A stretch of DNA of 64,000 nt, from positions 8,860 through 72,859 of the IMG/VR virus record IMGVR_UViG_3300032232_001064, one strand, 5' to 3'. A program made the position numbers and the translations under genes. The stretch is from a virus. Lineage: Duplodnaviria > Caudoviricetes. Shown here in pieces: positions 56,404 through 64,000 of the stretch (positions are counted from its first letter, which is position 1; each line of letters starts with the position of its first letter). Below the pieces are notes generated by a model, which worked only from the letters and a program-made list of their open reading frames with translations, was not told where the DNA came from and ran no database searches.

Positions 56404-57507
56404 TCAGTCCAAGTTGGGTAGCAGATCACTATCGCGGCTGTCATATAGCCGCGTAGCAAGTTCGTATGCTCTATCGTACGCTTTTTCGCCGTCGTTGACC
56501 GCGCGCTTCCACGTTGCGCGGAGCGCTGGAACGATCTCGTAGCCCTGGCCAGAAAACTCAGCCAGCGCAACGATAGCTTCCTCTGCGCTTGCGTACTCGG
56601 CAGGATCCTTCAGCGTCACTGTAAGACTTGCCTTGACGCTTGCCGACGCTGTCACGCTTGAGGTGTCGGCAAGCGGATGTCCGTTCGGAAGTAGGTCGCG
56701 ATCAAGCGCTCGGTATCCGGACTTGACCTTACCGGTGCGAAGCGCCGACAAGTGTCCATCGACGCGGGCCATCGCCCATTGATCGCGAGACATGTGAGAT
56801 GAAGACGACGTCGAAAAGGACGTTGCGCCTCTGCGATAAACAGCCTTTATGGTCGAAAGTGTCGTGCGCTTGCCAGGCTGAGCCACCTTGTTGTGCGCAT
56901 CGACACGATTGAGCAGCGCCAGTTCGGTTCTTTCCGAGAACCGAACCGGGCGCGTTAGCTCGAATGGCTGATCTTCTACACTCTGCATTGCAGGTGCTGT
57001 TAGAAGAAGATCAGCCTCTAATTTTCCCGGCGCGACCTGGCCGTCAATGTTGAGAATTGACTTCATCTGCCACGCCCACTTCTGATGCTTATCAAGACGA
57101 TCAGCCAAGTAGTTCGCTATCGCCTGTTCATTGCACTCTGCTGCAACGGCGAATGCACTGAAGATCCTGGCGATGATGACGTCGTTAGCAGAAAGCAGCG
57201 CGGCGGTCATGTCCATGGGGTTGCCAGTAAACGACTCATCGCGAATCATCGTGGTTGCGCACATGTCGCTGAGGTTCAACGGTGCATCGAATCCGAGTTT
57301 GCGGATGTTCTCGGCAGTAGGATCGATCGACGACTCGACGTCGCCGTAGATCATTGCAAAGAACTCGTGAAACTGGTGAAAGTCTTCGCCACGAACGTTC
57401 CAGTGGCATGCCTGCGCGCGGAACGACATTGTGAACGAATCTGCTAACAGACTATAAAGTTCGCCGGCAAGCGCTTTCTTGCCGCTATTGTCCATCATGT
57501 CAAACAT
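56404..57507 (-). CDS. dps: Dps/ferritin-like protein fused to a phage head-protein domain
   Basis: HWNVRGEDFHQFHEFF..IY......D.TAENIRKLG and DKHQKWAW are Dps ferroxidase signatures; C-terminal KAVYRRGA...QWAMARV...DRDLLPNGHP module. Confidence 0.88.
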   Translation of the reverse strand: MFDMMDNSGKKALAGELYSLLADSFTMSFRAQACHWNVRGEDFHQFHEFFAMIYGDVESSIDPTAENIRKLGFDAPLNLSDMCATTMIRDESFTGNPMDMTAALLSANDVIIARIFSAFAVAAECNEQAIANYLADRLDKHQKWAWQMKSILNIDGQVAPGKLEADLLLTAPAMQSVEDQPFELTRPVRFSERTELALLNRVDAHNKVAQPGKRTTLSTIKAVYRRGATSFSTSSSSHMSRDQWAMARVDGHLSALRTGKVKSGYRALDRDLLPNGHPLADTSSVTASASVKASLTVTLKDPAEYASAEEAIVALAEFSGQGYEIVPALRATWKRAVNDGEKAYDRAYELATRLYDSRDSDLLPNLD

Positions 57508-57519
57508 TGGTACCTTCTC

Positions 57520-59253
57520 TTACTGTAAAGGCGGCGCTTGCGGCGTGGCCGTGGGGGTCGGTTCAACCGGTGCGGCTGGTGGTTGTTCTGCTGGAGGCGC
57601 TGCCTCAGTAGGCGGGGGTCCACCCTGCAGCATCTGTTGAAGCGCGTCAGGCATCGGCGCAACGCTGTTTGCCTGCTGTGCTGCTCGAGCTGCTGTCAAC
57701 GCCTCAGGCGCGAACGCACCGATCATCGCCTCGGTGAGTTCTGGCGTGATCATGCCCTTTTCGAAGACTAGGCGCATCGCGATCTCGGTCGGACTTGGCG
57801 CGTCAGCGTCGCTAAAGCCGTGTGCGCGACGCCATGTGTCGAGCGACACCGCATGGCGATCGAAGCCGGAATCAGCGTCCATAGCGCGGTCGTTACGCGT
57901 CGCTACCTGGCTCGGGTCGAACCAGATGACAACATTCTCGACCTCTGCTGCGCTGTAGCCTGTCGCAACAAGGTACGGACGCAGGTACACCACGGTCAGC
58001 GCGTCAGCGATCAGCAGCATCAGCGGCTCGATGTGCGCCTTGTATAGCGACTCGTCGATCTGAACGGCGTTGCTGTACTTGACGTTTGCGAGGCCGGTGA
58101 CGATGTCCTTCGGCACGTCGAGGCCCTGCATGATGCGCTCGAGAACGCGATCAGCGCGCTGCGCGAGTGCGGGGTCAAAGCTGCGCTCGAACTTGAACTG
58201 CTTGATCTTGTCGCCAAGTTCAGCAGGTCCACGGATGATCAAGGGAACAACGGCACTGGCGCTGTCCTCGTCACGAATCGGCGTGGTCATCGCGTCGATG
58301 AGCTGGTCTTCAAACTCGTCAGCGACCTCTTCCTGCGTGATGCCGGGCTCGAGGTTTGTCTCATCGTCGTACGGATAATCAGGATCCGGCGACGCGGCGA
58401 CGCTAAGTCCGTCAGGAAGGTACAACGCACCGGCGTTCAGTCGCGAGCGTGCGGTTGCGCGGAACGTGCGGTTCAACAGCAATAGCTCAGCGCAGAGGTC
58501 AAGAAGTCCGCGTAGACTTGAATCTGCCTCTTCTGAAAACCGAGGATGCGCTCGCCAGATTCGACCAACAAACGCGTTCTTCGGAAGTGAGATGACGCCG
58601 TTCGAATCGCTGCCGCCCATGGAAGCTGTGCCACGGTTTGTGAGCAGATCGCGACGCGGTGCGATGCCGTAGTTGCTGCGCTGGTCGACCTGAACCTCGT
58701 CGACAGAGCGAATGTCCCATGACTCAGGAACACCTGTGCCACGACGCTCCGGCAACTGAACCAGATAGCACTCACCTGCAACACTCAGGTTGAGCGCCGC
58801 GTCCTTTAGAAGGCCTGCCTGGCCGCCATACGCGCTGTCGAGGCGCTTTAGGGCTCGTTCTGCCGCTGCAGCCAGTCGCTCGTCGATCTTGCTCGAATTG
58901 CGAACAGAGACCGGTGTCTCAGCAGGGTTGTCCACAACCGCAGCGTAGAGACGAATACGAGAGACGATACTTGCAACCAAGTTAAAGGCATACTTGATCT
59001 CACCGATCGCATCGTAGTACTCCCAGGCCTCACTCTGCCACGCGGCCGAGTATGCCTGTCGGCGAACTCTGAAGTGTTCAGCCTCGCCCTTATCATTGAG
59101 GTTGACCTTGGTCGCTGCGGCCGTCATCGGTCGAGGAGCGGAGTACGCGGCCGGGGACGCCGGGGTGTATCCGAAAGGTGCCAACACCTGTGACGAAGAA
59201 GCTGGTGCCGTTGTCCGGCGCGTTGGCGCTACTTTTCGGCTGAATACGCCCAC
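57520..59253 (-). CDS. portal protein
   Basis: GTG 59253 after AGGAG; WQSEAWEYYDAIGEIKYA...LSVAGECYL...RIWRAHPR..EADSSLRG...RSRLNAG...GLDVPKDIVTG...N...IDES: actinophage portal pattern. Confidence 0.9.
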   Translation of the reverse strand: MGVFSRKVAPTRRTTAPASSSQVLAPFGYTPASPAAYSAPRPMTAAATKVNLNDKGEAEHFRVRRQAYSAAWQSEAWEYYDAIGEIKYAFNLVASIVSRIRLYAAVVDNPAETPVSVRNSSKIDERLAAAAERALKRLDSAYGGQAGLLKDAALNLSVAGECYLVQLPERRGTGVPESWDIRSVDEVQVDQRSNYGIAPRRDLLTNRGTASMGGSDSNGVISLPKNAFVGRIWRAHPRFSEEADSSLRGLLDLCAELLLLNRTFRATARSRLNAGALYLPDGLSVAASPDPDYPYDDETNLEPGITQEEVADEFEDQLIDAMTTPIRDEDSASAVVPLIIRGPAELGDKIKQFKFERSFDPALAQRADRVLERIMQGLDVPKDIVTGLANVKYSNAVQIDESLYKAHIEPLMLLIADALTVVYLRPYLVATGYSAAEVENVVIWFDPSQVATRNDRAMDADSGFDRHAVSLDTWRRAHGFSDADAPSPTEIAMRLVFEKGMITPELTEAMIGAFAPEALTAARAAQQANSVAPMPDALQQMLQGGPPPTEAAPPAEQPPAAPVEPTPTATPQAPPLQ

Positions 59254-59316
59254 AGGTTGTCTCCTCGTCACGTGTAACGGAGTTGGTTAGATCTTACATC
59301 ACGCTACATTACGTGA

Positions 59317-59616
59317 CTAACCAACGCGGTCAAGAATTGCGCCAGCGACCATCGACATCGCAAGAACGCTGGCGCCGACAACCGTGGGGTTCGGGGCTAT
59401 CTTATACATAGCCACGATAAGTGATGCTGCATAGATACTCGTGCACCAGTTACACGTGATGAGATATCCAAGCTTTGACGACCCTGGATCACCGAACTTC
59501 TTCCACACCCACTCTCGAAATCCCTCGAGGATCACGTCAGTCGTGACCAAACGAGTGACACGTGCAACAGCGAGCGTCAGGATGACTAGGTCAAAAAGTT
59601 CACTCGACCGGATCAT
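59317..59616 (-). CDS. DUF1360-like membrane protein
   Basis: LAVARVTRLVTTD.I...R......YLITCNWCTSIY with hydrophobic helices; typical position before an actinophage portal. Confidence 0.75.
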   Translation of the reverse strand: MIRSSELFDLVILTLAVARVTRLVTTDVILEGFREWVWKKFGDPGSSKLGYLITCNWCTSIYAASLIVAMYKIAPNPTVVGASVLAMSMVAGAILDRVG

Positions 59617-59974
59617 TGCTGGATCCTACGATGCGGTACGGGTTCCATGACCGCAGGCGCGAGCCGCAGCCGCAGTTTTCGTCTTTCTCAAAGATGACCT
59701 TCTTGCCGCTGGTCGTCTCAAGAAACGAGACCGTTCTTCCGGTGCGGTCGAGCCGCAACGTCGCCGGGTCGTACTTGTCGCGAAAGATCAGCATCGGACC
59801 GTCGGACGAATCCGCGGCAACAAGGATGCTGTCGTTTGTCAACACAACGCGAACCGCGTCAACGAGGCGCGAGCCCTCATAGCGTGCGGTGAGGCTCGCC
59901 GTCAGCGGGTCGACCACCGTCGTCGCCGGCGCTACGCGGATGCGCGCAGGAAACAGGTCGCACACTACTTTCAT
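59600..59974 (-). CDS. hypothetical protein
   Basis: 124-aa coupled ORF ending CGCGSRLRSWNP. Confidence 0.7.
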   Translation of the reverse strand: MKVVCDLFPARIRVAPATTVVDPLTASLTARYEGSRLVDAVRVVLTNDSILVAADSSDGPMLIFRDKYDPATLRLDRTGRTVSFLETTSGKKVIFEKDENCGCGSRLRSWNPYRIVGSSNDPVE

Positions 59975-60525
59975 GACTTAATCCTCTTCTCGATCGCCTT
60001 GTACGTGACACCGGCGGCGACACTCAACTCTCGAATCGAGACGCCTCGCGCAAACTCTTCCTTGCAGATGCGCGTGAGTGCGTCGTTGGCCTTGGCGTAC
60101 TCGCCGGTCGGGTTCGCGCCTGAGCGATACTGCCGTGCGACGGGTGAGATCGTCGCGAGCCGTGCGGCCGTCACGGGATCGAGCATCGGGTGCTCTGGAT
60201 CATACGGGGCAGCCCGACGACGTCTTCCTGTCGACGAGGTGGCGGCGGGCGAGGAGGTGGGGGAGGGTGCGGGAGGGGACGGGTGCGAGTGCGAATTTTC
60301 CGCGGCGGCTATTAGAGATGAAGACGAAGAGGCGGCGGAGGAAGAAGGTGAAACCCATGACTGCACGGTGGACCTTGAGCGGGGCGGCGCGCACGACTCA
60401 CCGATCGCGGCAAGCGACCAGCCAGCCTCAAACAGCTCACGGGCACGATCACGCAGGGCCTGGCCAGACAATCCCGACAGGTGGTGGACCTCTTCAGGGG
60501 GTAGAGAAACCTTCTTCCTCGGCAT
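59971..60525 (-). CDS. double helix-turn-helix protein
   Basis: ARELFEAGWSLAAIGE and FARGVSIRELSVAAGVTYKAIEKRI, separated by a Ser/Pro-rich linker. Confidence 0.75.
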   Translation of the reverse strand: MPRKKVSLPPEEVHHLSGLSGQALRDRARELFEAGWSLAAIGESCAPPRSRSTVQSWVSPSSSAASSSSSLIAAAENSHSHPSPPAPSPTSSPAATSSTGRRRRAAPYDPEHPMLDPVTAARLATISPVARQYRSGANPTGEYAKANDALTRICKEEFARGVSIRELSVAAGVTYKAIEKRIKS

Positions 60526-60531
60526 AGCAGA

Positions 60532-60545
60532 ACTCTACCATAGCT
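60532..60545 (-). promoter_or_regulatory. extended -10 promoter, probably leaderless (AGCTATGGTAGAGT)
   Basis: TG-G-TAGAGT lies 6 nt before the ATG at 60525; no RBS. Confidence 0.6.
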
Positions 60546-60879
60546 GCAGCGGAATGATGTGAACATTTGTACCTTAAGGTTGGCGACTTCTACGTCGCCG
60601 CGGCGGAGCCGCTGGGCAGACGAAGAAGACGGCGGATTCGACGAAGAGGGGGCAGCAGCGTTTTGTACCGTTCAATTGTACCTTGTGATAATTGCGCTAG
60701 GCGTGTGAGAGGGTTAACGTATAGTTGGCCGCGTTCGTCAAGTGTTCCGGGCACGCATTTGTATGCGGTCGGCATAAATGCTCGCTTGCTGCGTATTTTC
60801 TGTAGCTTAGGTATGCAATGGCCTTAGGTGCCTATGCCTCGTGAAAATTCTCTGGAGCTGGCGAACGAAAAGGTCGATG

Positions 60880-61600
60880 TGTGTCGATGCCTAGGCCTAT
60901 GCCAGCCTGCCAGCCTAGGCGATGACTTACCAGCCTGCCAGCCTAGGTGAATAGCCTGCCTATAGCTATGAGTAGCTATAGGTATGTGAGCTTCGTCTAC
61001 AGACGAAGACTATGGCCTGACTATGAGAGCAATGGTGAGTGTATGTAGCTCGTGCTAGGTGAGTGCCTATGAGTAGACATACAAGCTATGGAGATTCATC
61101 TACCAATAAGCATGAGTCATCTGGTTCTCGACGACAGGCTCCTAGTGCCTGTGCTTTGCTACTCAGGCACCTTTATAGGCAGATTTTCGATACTCTCTAG
61201 AGATGTGCCTGAGTGATGCCTTGGCCTTGTTGGCTAGTGAAAAGTAGCACTATCAGGCACTTGCTCATGAAAAGTCTGGAAGAAACAACAAACAGGTCCA
61301 CTCACACGAATGTGCGACCTATCAGTGCGCATGGCAACTACCTACGACTACTTGAAGCTACTGCGCGTGCATACTCAAGATCCAGAGCAGACCCGCGCGC
61401 TACTGCAGCCCGCATCCCGCAATGGTACGTATGGCCATACCCGCAAGGGTCTAGGACTATGGCTATAACTATGGCTGTGGCCTGCTGCTCACCTCACCCG
61501 CACACCTATCCATGGCTATAACTATGGCACTAGCACCCGCAAGTATCTGTACCCGCATAGCAACGAGGCGCCCGCAATGGGCGCCTCGTCGTCTATAGGA
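60880..61600. repeat. non-coding region with direct and inverted repeats
   Basis: CCAGCCTGCCAGCCTAGG x2 (60902, 60930); CCTATAGCTA-TGAG-TAGCTATAGG (60959-60982); CTTCGTCT-AC-AGACGAAG (60991-61008); ATGGCTATAACTATGGC x2 (61459, 61512); CCCGCA about 7 times in 61405-61580. Confidence 0.85.
61563..61589 (-). terminator. hairpin after the PG-binding gene
   Basis: Perfect 11-bp inverted repeat ACGAGGCGCCC/GGGCGCCTCGT with 5-nt loop, 22 nt after the stop; no U tract. Confidence 0.55.
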
Positions 61601-61610
61601 GAGGTAGCGG

Positions 61611-62036
61611 TCAGTAGTCGATGGCTACGTTGGGGTCGTCAGCGAATAGAGATTCGAGCGTAGCGATGTCCGTAACACCTTCACCCGCAAGACCATTGTC
61701 AGCTTGGTACGCCGCAACGGCCGCCATGGTCAGGTCACCGTACCAACCATCGGCGTCTGAGTACGCATCAGGATACCCGAGCTCAGACAGTCTGCGCTGC
61801 AGGTGATGGACAGATAGCGTCTTGCGGTAGAACTTATTCTTGTAGACGATGCTTGTTAGCCGTACGGGGTCGACGTCCTGCCCGCTCACTGCCTGACCCG
61901 CAGGGGAAGGCTGGCGCTTATTCGACAGCTTCTTCTCTTTAGGTGCAGGCGCAGGCTCTACGACAGCTTCGACTACAGGTTCTACTACGTCACCCGCAAC
62001 GTCTGCTACGGATTCGTCATGGGGTGTATCACTCAT
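61611..62036 (-). CDS. peptidoglycan-binding-domain protein
   Basis: VHHLQRRLSELGY...DGWYGDLTMAAVAAYQADNGL..EG matches the PG_binding_1 pattern; N-terminal low-complexity linker; no catalytic domain. Start trimmed to ATG 62036. Confidence 0.8.
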   Translation of the reverse strand: MSDTPHDESVADVAGDVVEPVVEAVVEPAPAPKEKKLSNKRQPSPAGQAVSGQDVDPVRLTSIVYKNKFYRKTLSVHHLQRRLSELGYPDAYSDADGWYGDLTMAAVAAYQADNGLAGEGVTDIATLESLFADDPNVAIDY

Positions 62037-62043
62037 GGCGGCG

Positions 62044-62057
62044 ACTATACCATAGCT
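62044..62057 (-). promoter_or_regulatory. extended -10 promoter, probably leaderless (AGCTATGGTATAGT)
   Basis: TG-G-TATAGT lies 7 nt before ATG 62036; matches the 60532 site at 13 of 14 positions. Confidence 0.65.
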
Positions 62058-63426
62058 ATAGAAGCTCAGCCGCAAGGTTCGCGACAGCTCCACGCTCGCA
62101 GTTGTTCAGAGTGACGTGGCCAAAGCACGACTGACCACGGAACGCTGCTATGAGTACCGCAAGAGCGTTGTTGCTCTCTCCCATGTACGGCGCGTCGATC
62201 TGGCTGGTGTCACCCGTAAACACTACCTTGGTTCCCTCGCCTACTCTCGTAAGTATGGTCTTCAACGTCGTTGGCTCTAGGTTCTGCGCCTCGTCTACAA
62301 TCACCATCTGTCGATGCAGTGACCTACCGCGAAGGAACGTTACCGACTCTAGCGATAGCTGATCTCGAATAGTCAGCTCTTCGATAAGCCCCTGAGCGTC
62401 ACTCCGCGACTGCCTATCCGTAAGCGCTACGATCGCATCATGAATCGCTGACATCCATGGGTCGAGCTTCTCATCCAGTCCTCCTGGTAGGAACCCTACG
62501 TCTGCTCTACCGACTGGTACCAGTGGACGGTATATCGCTAGGTGCTCGAATAGACGACGCTCGACAACCTGCTCTAGCCCTGCCGCAATGGCAAGCAGCG
62601 TCTTTCCAGTACCAGCTCGACCGTCCAGCGCTACTACACTTACGGTTGGGTCTAGCAGCAGTTCAAGCGCGAACCTCTGCTCTTTCGACCTTGGACGCAG
62701 TCCCCATGCCTCTGGTGTCGCATGCGATAGCAGCTCAAGTATGTCTCCACGTCGGCGCGCCAGTCCTGATTGAGAACCTGCCCGTAGTATAAGAAACTCG
62801 TTCTCATCGACAATCTCATGCTCTTCGAGTTCCTGCGCGTTCACCATGTCATGGTCGTATAGGCGATTCACCATTTCTGAATCGACCTCGAGTGTCGCCC
62901 AACCTGGGTGCCTCGTCTCTCTCGAACGACCTACTGGACGGTGTTCTACCGCTCGCAGACCTAGGTGCGCTGCCTTGATACGTAACGCGGCGTCGTTCGA
63001 CACCACAACAACATCGCTTGCATCTTGTCCGAGCGCTGCGCCTATGATCCTATTATCCGCAATCGCTGGATCCAGTCCATGCTCTACAAGTAGGTGCTTC
63101 TGCACACCGTTCACTGCGATTCGCAGTGTCGCAGCGTTGTCGTCATCACTCAAGTCTACTGGATGCGCAAGCGATCCTCCTGCTGCGATACGCAGTTCTT
63201 CGATCGAACGAAGTGCAGCTCTTGCTGCTCTACCTACATCATCTGGTCTTGTCTTTAGTCCATCGAGTTCTTCAATTACCGTAAGCGGTATTACGACGTC
63301 AATACCGCGAAAGTGCGCCAAGCAGCCAGGATCTGCGACGAGGACGGACGTATCGAGAATCGTTCTCGATCGAACACCTCCTGTCGTCGATACTTCTGTC
63401 AACGTGGAGGTCAGCTCGTCGGACAA
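62056..63426 (-). CDS. phoH: PIN-PhoH (PhoH2/YlaK-like) protein
   Basis: PIN motifs ILDTSVL, VIEELD, DNRII, VSNDAALR; PhoH Walker A GRAGTGKT, RGRSL, IVDEAQNL, TRVGEGTKVVFTGDTSQID. Confidence 0.92.
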   Translation of the reverse strand: MSDELTSTLTEVSTTGGVRSRTILDTSVLVADPGCLAHFRGIDVVIPLTVIEELDGLKTRPDDVGRAARAALRSIEELRIAAGGSLAHPVDLSDDDNAATLRIAVNGVQKHLLVEHGLDPAIADNRIIGAALGQDASDVVVVSNDAALRIKAAHLGLRAVEHRPVGRSRETRHPGWATLEVDSEMVNRLYDHDMVNAQELEEHEIVDENEFLILRAGSQSGLARRRGDILELLSHATPEAWGLRPRSKEQRFALELLLDPTVSVVALDGRAGTGKTLLAIAAGLEQVVERRLFEHLAIYRPLVPVGRADVGFLPGGLDEKLDPWMSAIHDAIVALTDRQSRSDAQGLIEELTIRDQLSLESVTFLRGRSLHRQMVIVDEAQNLEPTTLKTILTRVGEGTKVVFTGDTSQIDAPYMGESNNALAVLIAAFRGQSCFGHVTLNNCERGAVANLAAELL

Positions 63427-63496
63427 TCTCGACTCCTATCCAGCATATGAGAGACGCGTTTGCGCTCTTCAGTAATCTATCTCACCTGCTGAAACG

Positions 63497-64000
63497 TCAT
63501 CGACCGGGGTTAAAGACGCGCGCTCCACGTCCGCTACCACCGCCGCCATTACCTGATGCTCCTCCGCGGAACGACGGCAATCTGCGCGAAGCATGCGACT
63601 TCGCGGTGATCGTCCCTCCTACGAATCCAGGAGGTGGCTTTATCAGTAGGGCTGTCATCGCGTGCACCAGCGCGTCTACTCTGTCAGGCGACTTACCCTC
63701 GCCTGGGATCCATGAGATCATCTGAGATTCTAGATCCGCTAGGTAGTTCACGTGGTGAATACGACCTTGCTCGTACGCCAGTGTTACAGGCTCTGCTCGT
63801 AGCGCCTTACCGTACTTTGAGTGTACCTCAAGTACCTTGATACCTGGGTCGATCGCTAGGATCGCGTTCGTAACCAGCGCTCCACCCTGGTTCACTTCTG
63901 CTACGACAGGACAGCTATACTTACGAGCCATCGCTACTACCGCGTTCGCCCATACTTCTGGCGATCCGTGTACGGTCGCATCTTCAAGTACCCATGCGTG
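63497..64000 (-). CDS. terL: terminase large subunit, C-terminal nuclease domain (5'-partial)
   Basis: Frame is open from base 64000: HAWVLEDATVHGSPEVWA...VAEVNQGG...KALRAEPV..AYEQGRIHH...LESQM..W.PG...SPDRVDALVHA. Confidence 0.9.
   Translation of the reverse strand, partial: HAWVLEDATVHGSPEVWANAVVAMARKYSCPVVAEVNQGGALVTNAILAIDPGIKVLEVHSKYGKALRAEPVTLAYEQGRIHHVNYLADLESQMISWIPGEGKSPDRVDALVHAMTALLIKPPPGFVGGTITAKSHASRRLPSFRGGASGNGGGGSGRGARVFNPGR

Noticed and set aside
60880-61600. Possible CRISPR mini-array or tRNA in the repeat-rich gap
   Set aside because: Repeats are 17-18 bp, occur only in pairs with irregular spacing, and no cloverleaf with T-loop or CCA could be traced.
1-64000. Prophage or temperate lifestyle, or host chromosomal flanks
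   Set aside because: No integrase, repressor cassette, att-like tRNA or host housekeeping genes were seen. The lifestyle cannot be settled because the genome extends beyond both edges.

Overview
This window is about 64 kb of a tailed dsDNA phage genome with a siphovirus-type tail, and every credible gene lies on the minus strand. The host is probably an actinobacterium, judged from DUF1360-like and MSMEG_6728-like genes, an actinophage-style portal/protease/capsid and apparent leaderless promoters. No integrase, primase, endolysin catalytic domain, tRNA or CRISPR array was seen. In transcription order (right to left) it contains: the 3' end of the terminase large subunit, PIN-PhoH, a peptidoglycan-binding protein, a 1.1-kb repeat- and hairpin-rich non-coding region, an HTH protein, portal, a Dps/ferritin fusion, a 4611-aa multi-enzyme 'polyvalent' head protein, a protease polyprotein, major capsid, neck and tail genes, tape measure and tail fibre. 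These are followed by a replication/recombination block (PolA, RuvC-like, SNF2, Cas4-like exonuclease, AAA_24, SSB) and a large nucleotide/DNA-modification block. Main observations: (1) an apparently complete cytosine-hypermodification pathway, with a thymidylate-synthase homologue carrying the dCMP-type Asp, a dNMP kinase fused to a UDG-like domain, a T4 gp56-like dCTPase, an NDP-sugar cassette, two glycosyltransferase-like genes and a C5-methyltransferase homologue lacking the canonical SAM-binding loop; (2) the giant head protein with NUDIX, tandem WYL-like, kinase-like, ART-like, DEDDh exonuclease and SF1 helicase domains; (3) a Dps fused to a head-protein module, alongside HiPIP-like Cys clusters; (4) one beta-rich module reused about 9 times across six virion proteins; (5) shared candidate targeting and cleavage motifs among head proteins; (6) a TA-rich, AA/TT-poor, structured region near the terminase. 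All family assignments come from motif recognition by eye, not from database searches.
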